This document shows, in pieces, positions 26,853 to 35,962 of a stretch of 64,000 bases of DNA (position 1 is its first letter; each line of letters starts with the position of its first letter). The stretch comes from Rubripirellula sp. (GTDB lineage Bacteria; Planctomycetota; Planctomycetia; Pirellulales; Pirellulaceae), in contig OZ244207.1 of NCBI GenBank assembly GCA_965216875.1, positions 7,776,001 to 7,840,000 on the forward strand. Direction: 5' to 3'. The translations under genes and the position numbers were made by a program. The notes beneath the pieces are model-generated. The model had not been told where the DNA came from, did not search any database, and saw only the letters and a list, made by a program, of their open reading frames with translations.

Positions 26853-28163
26853 TCACTCCTTTAGCGAGGCACGCAACAGTTTGTTGTCGTTGCGAATGAA
26901 GATGTGTCCGTTGGCAATCGCGGGGTGCGCCCAACTGACTCCGTTTCTTCTTGCGAGTTGTACCTTGGTCGGATCAAGAAGCTTGGTGCGGGAGAGTTCC
27001 TTGTAGCTTTCTGGATTGAGCTGGGCGTAAATCAAGAATCCCTGATCGTTGAGCATGATTTCTCGATCACCATATTGAATCGTGTGAATCGTCGCCCAGC
27101 GATTGCGTGGGACAGCCGTGCGGTCTTCCCAGATCCGGTCTCCCGTCTTGAGGTCAAGGCAACGCAGTTCGCCATAACTGTCGACGCCGTAGATATGGTC
27201 GCCCTTGATCAGCGGTGTGCTGATCATGCAGTGCAAAGCGTCGGTGTTCCGTTCATCGACGCCAACACGTCGCCAAAGTTGACGTGCTTGCGGGCGATCT
27301 GGGTCAAACTCGACCAACATCGAGCCATCGTAGAAAGACGACACGAAGATCAGATTGTTTTTGACCACGGGCGTCGCGACGCCAATCGGCATGTTCTTGG
27401 AATTCATCGGAATGCGCCAAAGGACATCGCCCGATTCAGGATGAAGTCCGGAGACGCTTTCGCCCGTCCAGCAAACCACGACATCTTGATCACCCTGGCG
27501 AATCATCACTGGCGCAGCGTAGCCGGCCAGCTCATTAAGGGATCGCCATCGGTGCAGGCCGGTTTTGCGGTCCATGGCAACGACGCAAGCACCATTGCGC
27601 CCGCCTGTGATTTGAATCACGAGGTCCTTGTAGACCAGTGGCGAAGCGGTGATGCCCCAAACCGGCATCTTGATGTCGTACTTGGTTGCAAGATCATGAC
27701 TCCACAGGACGTCACCTGATTTTGCGTCGTAGCAATGGAAATGCCCCATCGCGCCAACAGCATAGGCGCGACCATCATGAATAGTGACGGACGCTCGTGG
27801 CCCAGCTCGGTAGCCGATGGTGTACTGCGAATCGTAAGCGTGTTTCCAAACCTCTTGTCCCGTTTCGGCATCGAAGCAAAGGACGCGTTCGATTTGTGAC
27901 TCATCACCACGTGGGCCGCGGTCCATGACATAGACCAATCCGTTGGCGACGGTGGGTCCGGTATAGCCCGAACCGATCGGAACGGTCCAAGTGCGAGGTA
28001 GTTCCCCTTCGGGCAACGAATCCATCAACCCTGTTTCGTTCAAAACAGCATCACGGTTCTTGCCACGCCACTGCGGCCAATCTTCCGCCTGTGCGTGCGA
28101 GGGCGCGACGATGGCCGAGCAGAGTAAAAATGTCAGGCAGAGTAATGACGTTCGAACGATCAT
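26853..28163 (-). CDS. PQQ-binding-like beta-propeller (BamB-like) protein
   Basis: Signal peptide, EDWPQWRG, repeated CxDxxTG..W blades, WAHPAIANG..FIR. Confidence 0.9.
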   Translation of the reverse strand: MIVRTSLLCLTFLLCSAIVAPSHAQAEDWPQWRGKNRDAVLNETGLMDSLPEGELPRTWTVPIGSGYTGPTVANGLVYVMDRGPRGDESQIERVLCFDAETGQEVWKHAYDSQYTIGYRAGPRASVTIHDGRAYAVGAMGHFHCYDAKSGDVLWSHDLATKYDIKMPVWGITASPLVYKDLVIQITGGRNGACVVAMDRKTGLHRWRSLNELAGYAAPVMIRQGDQDVVVCWTGESVSGLHPESGDVLWRIPMNSKNMPIGVATPVVKNNLIFVSSFYDGSMLVEFDPDRPQARQLWRRVGVDERNTDALHCMISTPLIKGDHIYGVDSYGELRCLDLKTGDRIWEDRTAVPRNRWATIHTIQYGDREIMLNDQGFLIYAQLNPESYKELSRTKLLDPTKVQLARRNGVSWAHPAIANGHIFIRNDNKLLRASLKE

Positions 28164-28169
28164 CTTCGA

Positions 28170-29525
28170 TCAGGCCTCGGAAGGATGGGTGTAGGGTTTT
28201 CGATAGGGACGTTTCAGCGCGGCAGTCGCCTCGGCGTCACCCACCACGGTGTGAGTCTTTGGGTCAAATTGAAGCGTGCGGCCGAGTTCGACTGCATTGT
28301 TGGCAAGAATGCAGGAGGCACTACTGATGTGGCCTTGTTCGATGTCGGCAATCGGTTTGGAGCGTTTGTCGATCGCGTCGAGGAAGTCGCGCATGTGTCC
28401 CCGAATGGCCGAGGCGACGTGCAGTTCCATGTTCCAGTCTTTCTTGTCACTTTCGTCGGTTGGGAACTTGTCGAGTTCGATGACCGCTTCGCCACTGATT
28501 TTGTTGCCTCCACCTCGTGGGATGAATTCAAAGCGATTCACACTTAGTTTCAGTGTTCCCTTCGTACCGTAAATAAACGCCGCCCAAGGGTATTGTGGAT
28601 CGGGCGCTGATCCCCAACTGCGATGCGTCCATACCACGTTCAGGTCATCAAATTCAAAGGTCGCCGTTTGAGTGTCGCTTGTCGTCGCTTTGGATTCATG
28701 ATCGACCAGGATGCCACCGCTGCTGCTTACGCGGTTGGGCCAGCCCAGATCGAGTTGCCAACGCACCAAGTCCAGCATGTGAACGCACATGTCGCCAACG
28801 ATTCCATTGCTGTATTCCATGAACGCCCGCCAAGATCGGGGGTGAACCAATTCGTTGTACGGCCGCATCGGGGCCGGGCCGGTCCAGGCGTCATAGTCAA
28901 GGTGAGCCGGCGCGGCGGTGTCTGGTGGATTCTTGCGAGAACGCATGTGGTAGTAACAACAGACTTCGGCGTGTGCGATATCACCAAGTAGTCCGGCATC
29001 GACCACCTTTTTCTTAGCGTCGATCAGGTGAGGCGTGCTGCGCCGCTGTGTGCCAACTTGAACGACCGCTTTGTTGCGACGAGCCGCATCGAGCATCGCT
29101 TTGCTTTCGAGCACGTCGACGCCGGTTGGTTTCTGGACGTAGACGTCGGCGCCCGCTTCCACAGCTGCGATCATGGGCAACGCATGCCAATGGTCAGGTG
29201 TATCGACCAAGACGATGTCGAGGTCTTTGTCGGCAAGCATCGCTTTGTAGTCGGCGTAGGTTCGTGGACGCGTTTTCGACTTCTGGCGGCTTGCGAACAG
29301 GTCGGCCGCTTCATTGACCATTTTTGAGTCGACATCGCACAGAGAAACCACTTCAACCGGTTCGATGTTCAATAATTGCAACAAGTCACATTTGCCATAC
29401 CAGCCGCAACCAATCAAGCCAACGCGTCGTGGCTTGTCGACCGGCGAGGCGTGAACGGTTTGGGGAAGGGTTGCAGCAAGCGTGGTCGCGGCAGCAGTGC
29501 CACCCAAAAAACTTCGACGATCCAT
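28170..29525 (-). CDS. Gfo/Idh/MocA oxidoreductase, Tat-exported
   Basis: MDRRSFL, GLIGCGWYG, TPDHWH, VYVQKP, QVGTQRRS. Confidence 0.92.
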   Translation of the reverse strand: MDRRSFLGGTAAATTLAATLPQTVHASPVDKPRRVGLIGCGWYGKCDLLQLLNIEPVEVVSLCDVDSKMVNEAADLFASRQKSKTRPRTYADYKAMLADKDLDIVLVDTPDHWHALPMIAAVEAGADVYVQKPTGVDVLESKAMLDAARRNKAVVQVGTQRRSTPHLIDAKKKVVDAGLLGDIAHAEVCCYYHMRSRKNPPDTAAPAHLDYDAWTGPAPMRPYNELVHPRSWRAFMEYSNGIVGDMCVHMLDLVRWQLDLGWPNRVSSSGGILVDHESKATTSDTQTATFEFDDLNVVWTHRSWGSAPDPQYPWAAFIYGTKGTLKLSVNRFEFIPRGGGNKISGEAVIELDKFPTDESDKKDWNMELHVASAIRGHMRDFLDAIDKRSKPIADIEQGHISSASCILANNAVELGRTLQFDPKTHTVVGDAEATAALKRPYRKPYTHPSEA

Positions 29526-29673
29526 AGGTCAGACTCGTGATGCGGATAACAGAGAAGGTTAGAAAGCGATTGTCGATGCCCGGCTTCAGCCTAACCTAAT
29601 TGGACGCGTCAAACATCCGTCGGAAAATGGGGCGGAGTTGGCCTTTTCGTCGCACCTTCGTTCACCCGCATTC

Positions 29674-30327
29674 ATGAACACGCCCACCCACATTCTGTTG
29701 TCGGTCGCCGCGCTGTCCCGAGCAAAACTGTCCCGAGCAAAATCGAGCGACGATCAAACCGACGCCGGCGAAGACAACTCGGACGGTCAGCCAAGCGTGA
29801 AGCAGCGAACCTATGTTTGGCCGGCCGTGGCAGGAGCGGTTGTTCCAGACGCCCCGATGTTTCTGTTCTATTTCGTCGAACGGGCGGTGCTTGGCAGCAG
29901 CGAACGCGAGATCTGGTCGACTCGCTATTTCTTGCCAGCGTGGCAGGATTTTTTCGATCTCTTCAATAGCCTGCCCATCGCAGGAGTGGCCTGTTGGGTG
30001 AGCTACCGATTGGGGAAAACGGGTTGGGGCATCTTCTTTGCCTCAATGATGTTGCACATCGTCTGTGACTTGCCGGTCCATCACGATGACGCGCATCGAC
30101 ATCTTTGGCCGCTTACAGACTGGCGCTTCGAAAGCCCGGTGTCGTATTGGGATCCTAACCACTTCGGCATCTACGCTGGTGTCGGCGAGCTCGCGCTCTT
30201 CGTCGTCTGCTATTTCTGGGCGATGCGAAAACACCGCGAGACGTCGACGAGGATCGGACTGACGTTCCTGGCGGTGACCCATCTCGCATTGACATCGATG
30301 TTGGTGATGTATTGGTCGAGTGTGTGA
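29674..30327 (+). CDS. Membrane protein of metal-dependent hydrolase-like family
   Basis: MNTPTH, GAVVPD, LHIVCDLPVHHDDAHRHLWP, SPVSYWD. Confidence 0.78.
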   Translation: MNTPTHILLSVAALSRAKLSRAKSSDDQTDAGEDNSDGQPSVKQRTYVWPAVAGAVVPDAPMFLFYFVERAVLGSSEREIWSTRYFLPAWQDFFDLFNSLPIAGVACWVSYRLGKTGWGIFFASMMLHIVCDLPVHHDDAHRHLWPLTDWRFESPVSYWDPNHFGIYAGVGELALFVVCYFWAMRKHRETSTRIGLTFLAVTHLALTSMLVMYWSSV

Positions 30328-30340
30328 GGTGCCCGGAAAC

Positions 30341-30706
30341 TCAGGTCTCTTTTGTGATCGAGATTTGCACTGGACCATCGATCCAATCGTACAAGCGTTT
30401 GGCGTTGTCTTCGGCAAGGTGAATGTTTCCCGAAGTCGGGCCGTCGTTGTCGTCGAGATTGTCTGGGCCACAGTGGATGAACAGGCCATGTTCCCAGCCC
30501 AGCAGAATCGCTTGCGAGATGTTGGCGTCGAGTTCGTTGCTGTAAAGTTCCGGGAACTTTTCCTCGCCCTCCGAGCCGCCGTTGGTGACCGACGATGGGT
30601 ACAAGGTCTCGGGGCTTCCAAGGCAGGGCACTTCGCCCGTCCCTTCACACGACAGCGTTCCCGATCCATCTTTTCGAAAGATGATGTTGATTTGACGCGC
30701 TGTCAT
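30341..30706 (-). CDS. Small acidic L,D-transpeptidase (YkuD)-like protein, catalytic Cys apparently replaced
   Basis: GLFIH-x13-SGNIHL...AKRLYDWI resembles the IH...SxGCI.L...A..LY motif; GAGG upstream of ATG. Confidence 0.62.
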   Translation of the reverse strand: MTARQINIIFRKDGSGTLSCEGTGEVPCLGSPETLYPSSVTNGGSEGEEKFPELYSNELDANISQAILLGWEHGLFIHCGPDNLDDNDGPTSGNIHLAEDNAKRLYDWIDGPVQISITKET

Positions 30707-30989
30707 AAAAGGGGCCTCGAGGATCGAAGGTGTAGACGACTTGGATGGGGAGTCTGAGAAGACGTCGGCAAAGCGGGCAAGCCGGCGAGGAGGGACGGGA
30801 TGCTCAGAATGATAGCGGCATCGAGCCTTCGGCAGTACCGACCAAGCCCGAGAGCCTCATCCGATTTTGGTCGTTTTTCGTGTGAAGATTCCTTAAACTG
30901 GTACTTGCGCTAGCCCCCTACCCTAAGTCAGTTTGAATGCACGCACCATTGTCGCGTGCATTCATCGAAGTTCACGGCGAGGTGATGAA

Positions 30990-32246
30990 ATGCGAGCCCC
31001 CAAAGCCTCCGCGATTCTTGCACTTTCCATGTTGGTTGCTTTGAACCACGCAAATGGGGAGGAGGGGAACGATCCGACGCCGGCTCAGAAAAGTGAATCC
31101 CGAACGGATCAACGTGCACTGGATAACCAACTTGCGCCGCCGGAGCGCATTCTTGCCGATGGCGAACCGATTGATGTTCCTGGCTTTGCAGCGCCATGGA
31201 TGACCGATGTCGATGGTGACGGACGCGCCGATTTGCTTGTTGGACAAATGGACCACGGAAGATTGAGGATCTATTCCAACACCGGCACGCCCGATCAACC
31301 CACCTTTGACAACTACCGCTTCTTTCGCGCTGGTGGCGTGATTGCGGGTGTGCCAAGCGGGTGCTTGGTTGGCTTCACTCCATGCGTCGTTGACTTCAAT
31401 CGCGACGGCAGAGACGACATTCTTACTGGGTCGTTCTACGGCGCGGCCGTGTTTCGCTTTGATCAAAAACAAGATGGTTCCTACGACGAGGGCCTGGTGT
31501 TGGTCGGCGGCGATGGTGAGGTGAACCTGTCCCCGCGCAAATACAATTCGACCGTCTTTCCATGGGATTGGGATCGCGACGGCGACTATGATTTGTTGGT
31601 CGGTCGCACAGCGGTTCATTTGGTGATCAATGATGGAACCGATGCAGAGCCGGTCTATCGCGAAGCGACCAAGTTACAAGTCAACGGCAATGCCCTTCCG
31701 TCCGGACGTATTGGACCGGTGGTGGCCGATTGGGATGGCGACGGCATCGAGGACTTGTTGATTGGGGTTGGCAAAGATTTGGTTTGGTATCGAAACACAA
31801 CCAAAGTGGGTGAACCCGTTTTCGAAGACAAGCGAGTCCTGATCTCGGGTGAGACGTTTGTTGAACCGCAGATGGATGGATCGGATCGCGACCGTGTCTC
31901 TCCCACTCGAATGATTGCGGGTTACTGTGTTTGTGACTACGACAATGATGGCGATCAAGATCTATTGGTTGGCGACCATTGCCATGTGCGTCGCAAACTC
32001 GATGACGCTCAGGTGGCGATCTATCGCGAGGCGTCTGCGGCGCGATCAGAATTCCTGAGCGGTTATCGCCGGTTGCTTAAGGATGTTCCCGATCAATCGC
32101 GAGTGGACGTCGTCGCCGGCTTCCGAGCTGCACTGCAAGATTGGAACAAACTCGGGGAATTGCATTTCACCGGTCCCTACGCGGCCAGCCCGTCTTTCGA
32201 GCGATATGGTGGCGTCTGGTTGTATCGTCGCCAAACCGTCGAGTGA
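30990..32246 (+). CDS. Secreted FG-GAP/VCBS repeat protein
   Basis: Signal peptide; five DxDxDG..DLLVG-type repeats. Confidence 0.88.
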   Translation: MRAPKASAILALSMLVALNHANGEEGNDPTPAQKSESRTDQRALDNQLAPPERILADGEPIDVPGFAAPWMTDVDGDGRADLLVGQMDHGRLRIYSNTGTPDQPTFDNYRFFRAGGVIAGVPSGCLVGFTPCVVDFNRDGRDDILTGSFYGAAVFRFDQKQDGSYDEGLVLVGGDGEVNLSPRKYNSTVFPWDWDRDGDYDLLVGRTAVHLVINDGTDAEPVYREATKLQVNGNALPSGRIGPVVADWDGDGIEDLLIGVGKDLVWYRNTTKVGEPVFEDKRVLISGETFVEPQMDGSDRDRVSPTRMIAGYCVCDYDNDGDQDLLVGDHCHVRRKLDDAQVAIYREASAARSEFLSGYRRLLKDVPDQSRVDVVAGFRAALQDWNKLGELHFTGPYAASPSFERYGGVWLYRRQTVE

Positions 32247-32312
32247 TGCCGCGGTTTCAACTTGAATGCGTCGACTTGGATAGGGACGGTTTCGTCTACG
32301 AGAGATTTCAAC

Positions 32313-34001
32313 ATGACTTTCCTGACGCGGTCGGCGAACTGGGCCGTCGCTATGTTGTTTGTGATTTCGGTCGCACCCTCGGCCGCATCCCCGCCGGTTA
32401 CTGACGCGCCGGTTACTGACGCGCCCGTTACTGACGCGCCCGTTACTGACGCGATCGTTACTGACGCGATCGTGCCCGAAGATCGGCGGCTTCCCAACGT
32501 CGTGTTGTTTTTGCTGGATGATCTCGGTTGGCGTGACCTGGGTTGTTATGGCAGTCGCTTCTACGAAACGCCGAACATCGATCGATTTGCGGCTGCGAGC
32601 GTTCGTTTCACACAAGCATACGCTGCCTGTCACGTTTGTTCGCCGACACGGGCGAGCATCATGACCGGCAAGTATCCAGCGCGTTTGGGGATGACCGATT
32701 GGTTGACTGGACGGCGAGAGTTCCCCTTTCAGCGATTGAAAAACGCAGAGATTCGCCAGCACTTACCGCTCGAAGAGGTCACGATCGCCGAGTCGCTCAA
32801 GGCGAACGGGTACGCGACAGCTCACATCGGCAAGTGGCATTTGGGCGAAGAGCCATTCGGTCCGATCGCTCAGGGATTTGATGTTCAGATTCCGCGTTGG
32901 AACAAGGGTTGGCCCAAAGCGGGTTACCACGCGCCATTCCAAATGGACGGTCTGCGCGACGAACCGAACGACTATCTCACCGATCGATTGACGGACGAAG
33001 CGATTGAGTTCATTCAGGAGCATTCGGACCAGCCCTTCTTCCTGTACCTATCGCATTTCGCAGTCCATGATCCAATTCAAGGCCGCGCTGATCTCGTCAA
33101 AAAGTACCAGCGCAAACTTGAGTCGTTGCAGTTGGACGACGAGCCTGAGTTCCTACTTGAGGGCAACCCGGACGACGCGTCACCCCCATCGAAAAAGGAG
33201 CTTGCACACCGCATCGAGCGTCCAGGCTGGGCAGCCTACAAGGTGCTGCCGCAGCGCACGGTCAAGATCAAACAACGCCAGGACAACGTCCAGTTCGCTG
33301 CCATGGTTGAGTCGGTTGACGAGAGTTTTGGCCGCATCCGTCAAACACTCGCGGCGCTCGACTTGGCAGACAACACGATCGTCATTCTCTTTTCAGACAA
33401 CGGCGGCATGTCGGCGGCGAATTTCGGAAACCCCAAACGCGTGGTTCACCCCAAGCAACTCGATCGTGCCTTTTCGACCTCGAACCTGCCGCTGCGTGGT
33501 GCCAAGGGGTGGCTTTATGAAGGAGGCATCCGCGAGCCATTGATCATTCATTGGCCACAGGCTGGTGCCCGTGGCGCTGAATGCGACACACCTGTGATCA
33601 GCACGGATCTCTATCCAACGATCTTGGAAATGGTCGGATTGTCGGCGCAGCCAAACCAGCACTGCGACGGTGTCAGTCTTGCACCCTTGGTCAACGCGAG
33701 TGGTGACGGTGCGTTGGATCGCGATGCCATCTTTTGGCACTTTCCCCATTACAGCAACCATGGGATGCAGAGTCCTGGAGGTGCGGTGCGTGCTGGAGAT
33801 TACAAACTGCTCGAGTATTTCGAAAACGGTACCGTGCAATTGTTTAACCTGCGGCAGGACATTGGCGAACAGAATGACCTCGCTCGGCAAGAACCGGATA
33901 TCACTCGCCGCCTTCTCGAACAGCTGCGGGTTTGGCGACGCGAGGTGGGGGCCAACATGATGCCAGAGAATCCGGACTTTGATCCTTTATCGCAATTCTG
34001 A
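32313..34001 (+). CDS. Sulfatase (Cys-type, S1)
   Basis: PNVVLFLLDDLG, CSPTRASIMTG, GKWHLG, SDNGG, EGGIREP. Confidence 0.95.
   Translation: MTFLTRSANWAVAMLFVISVAPSAASPPVTDAPVTDAPVTDAPVTDAIVTDAIVPEDRRLPNVVLFLLDDLGWRDLGCYGSRFYETPNIDRFAAASVRFTQAYAACHVCSPTRASIMTGKYPARLGMTDWLTGRREFPFQRLKNAEIRQHLPLEEVTIAESLKANGYATAHIGKWHLGEEPFGPIAQGFDVQIPRWNKGWPKAGYHAPFQMDGLRDEPNDYLTDRLTDEAIEFIQEHSDQPFFLYLSHFAVHDPIQGRADLVKKYQRKLESLQLDDEPEFLLEGNPDDASPPSKKELAHRIERPGWAAYKVLPQRTVKIKQRQDNVQFAAMVESVDESFGRIRQTLAALDLADNTIVILFSDNGGMSAANFGNPKRVVHPKQLDRAFSTSNLPLRGAKGWLYEGGIREPLIIHWPQAGARGAECDTPVISTDLYPTILEMVGLSAQPNQHCDGVSLAPLVNASGDGALDRDAIFWHFPHYSNHGMQSPGGAVRAGDYKLLEYFENGTVQLFNLRQDIGEQNDLARQEPDITRRLLEQLRVWRREVGANMMPENPDFDPLSQF
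32394..32468 (+). repeat. 15-bp in-frame tandem repeat x5 (PVTDA/IVTDA)
   Basis: nnnGTTACTGACGCG five times, after the sulfatase signal peptide. Confidence 0.95.
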
Positions 34002-34089
34002 AGTTGCCGTGGATTGACGAGCGGCAGCTGGCGGCAGAACCTGTACGCGATTTTGTTCTGCCCGTTGCCGCCTCCGTTTGGCGAAGAAT

Positions 34090-35757
34090 ATGAGTTCAGG
34101 CTCCGCATCGTCCGCCGAGAATGTTCCTGCTTACCGTTTGTTGATGGATCAGCTAGAGACCGCATTTCCAAAGCCGGTTTCGGATCGAATGCATGATGCC
34201 TACTTTGCATTTTCTTTTCTACGGACGCTTGACCAAGTCGATGCCCTCAAGTCAGCACGACCCTTGTTGGGAGAACCAGCGACGGTCGATATCGAGGCGG
34301 CGAGCACGAGTCGGATCGCCGAACAACCGATGTTGTTGGAATCGGTGACTGGGCAATTGGTGGATGCGATGCGGGGCATGTTCGTGATCGGACACCCGCA
34401 AACGCAAATCAACGTCGGACCATCGCCGACGATCCCGAGCATCATCGGAGGCTTGTTGCCGTCGATCTACAACCCGAACCTGGTCAGCGAAGAATCGTCG
34501 CGACGCGTTGCGATGGCCGAGGTCGAGGCGGTTTCAATGACGGCTGACTTGCTTGGCTATGACCTCGAATCCTCGGGAGGTGTGTTCACCTTTGGCGGTA
34601 CGGGAACTTTGATGTACGCGGCCAAGATCGGACTCGAAAAGGCTTGCCCGGGAACACGCGAAACAGGGATTTCGCAGCCAGCGGTGATCGTCTGTTCGGA
34701 TCGAGCACACTATGCCTGTTTGACTGTTGCCAATTGGCTGGGGCTCGGGCAACAAAGCGTCGTCAAAGTGCCGACCCTGGAAGACAACGAAGTTTGCACC
34801 GAGCAGTATGAGCAAACGGTGCGTCGTCTGATCGGCGAAGGAAAACGGATTGCATGTCTGGTCGCAACCACGGGAACCACCGATGCATTCGGTTTGGATG
34901 ACTTGGAGTCGATTCGCAAAATTCGCGATCGAGTGGTCGTTGAATGTGGTCTCGACTACACCCCGCACCTACACGCTGACGCCGTGATCGGATGGGCGTG
35001 GAGTGTGTTTCGTGATTACGACTTTGAAACCAATCCTCTGGGCTTTCGGCATCGCACGGTGAGGGCACTTGCGGGCACCGACCGACGTATTCGTCATCTC
35101 GCTTTGGCCGATTCCGTCGGCGTCGATTATCACAAGACAGGATTCGCTCCCTATGTTTCCAGTGCGATCATCTTGAAAGATCGGGCAGCCATGGCGTACA
35201 TCGCGCGTGATGAAGAATCGATGCCCTACTTGTTTCAATCGGGAAGTTACCATCCAGGCAAGTTCACTTTGGAAACTTCACGCAGTGGAACTGGCCCGAT
35301 GGCGGCGCTGGCGAACCTGAGGCTGTTCGGCAAGGACGGATTGCGAAGTCTACTCGGGCATTTGGTGTCGATGGCCGAGACGCTTCGTGAACACTTAGAA
35401 GGACACGCGTCGACCACCGTATTGAATGGCAAGAATTTTGGGCCGGTCACGCTGTTTCGCGTTTATCCCGATGGTGTCGATACCTTCACCATGCCCGAGT
35501 ACGAGCGGACTCGGGAAGAGTATCGCGAGCAACTTGTCGCGCACAACGAATACAACCGCAAGGTCTTTGAACTTGTCCAACGCGACGCGCTCGCCGGCGA
35601 AGGCGTCCTGTTGTCGCTGACCGACTGCTACCGAGAAACCGAATACGGCGAACCAATCGTGGCACTCAAGTCGTACATCATGAGCCCGTTTTCGCGTGAG
35701 GAGCACTCCCAGTGGGTCCTGAGGTCGATCTGGAAGGCACGTGCCGAGTTGCAGTAA
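34090..35757 (+). CDS. Group II PLP-dependent amino-acid decarboxylase
   Basis: FTFGGTG, AHY, GTTDAFGLD, LHADAVIG, DYHK (PLP lysine), TLETSR. Confidence 0.88.
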   Translation: MSSGSASSAENVPAYRLLMDQLETAFPKPVSDRMHDAYFAFSFLRTLDQVDALKSARPLLGEPATVDIEAASTSRIAEQPMLLESVTGQLVDAMRGMFVIGHPQTQINVGPSPTIPSIIGGLLPSIYNPNLVSEESSRRVAMAEVEAVSMTADLLGYDLESSGGVFTFGGTGTLMYAAKIGLEKACPGTRETGISQPAVIVCSDRAHYACLTVANWLGLGQQSVVKVPTLEDNEVCTEQYEQTVRRLIGEGKRIACLVATTGTTDAFGLDDLESIRKIRDRVVVECGLDYTPHLHADAVIGWAWSVFRDYDFETNPLGFRHRTVRALAGTDRRIRHLALADSVGVDYHKTGFAPYVSSAIILKDRAAMAYIARDEESMPYLFQSGSYHPGKFTLETSRSGTGPMAALANLRLFGKDGLRSLLGHLVSMAETLREHLEGHASTTVLNGKNFGPVTLFRVYPDGVDTFTMPEYERTREEYREQLVAHNEYNRKVFELVQRDALAGEGVLLSLTDCYRETEYGEPIVALKSYIMSPFSREEHSQWVLRSIWKARAELQ

Positions 35758-35837
35758 CGATTGGCTGCCCGGTCGGCCAAGATTGACTACGATGGGGCGG
35801 GTGCCGCGCATCCAAGATAACCTGCGTACCAGCAATC

Positions 35838-35896
35838 ACCCTCCCGCTTGCGGGAGGGTCGGACGCAAAGTCCGGGGAGGGCAAACCCTCTCCGGG
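35838..35896. repeat. Cluster of REP-like hairpins
   Basis: ACCCTCCCGC-TT-GCGGGAGGGT (perfect), then CCGGGGAGGG-CAAA-CCCTCTCCGG. Confidence 0.75.
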
Positions 35897-35962
35897 CCTT
35901 AGAGCGCAATTGCAATCTGTAGCACGATCTTCAACAACCCTGCCTCATCATCCCGCCCCAAT

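Noticed and set aside
25810..26864. ORFs inside the repeat array (e.g. 26181-26693)
   Set aside because: They are translations of the palindromic repeats with no protein-like features.
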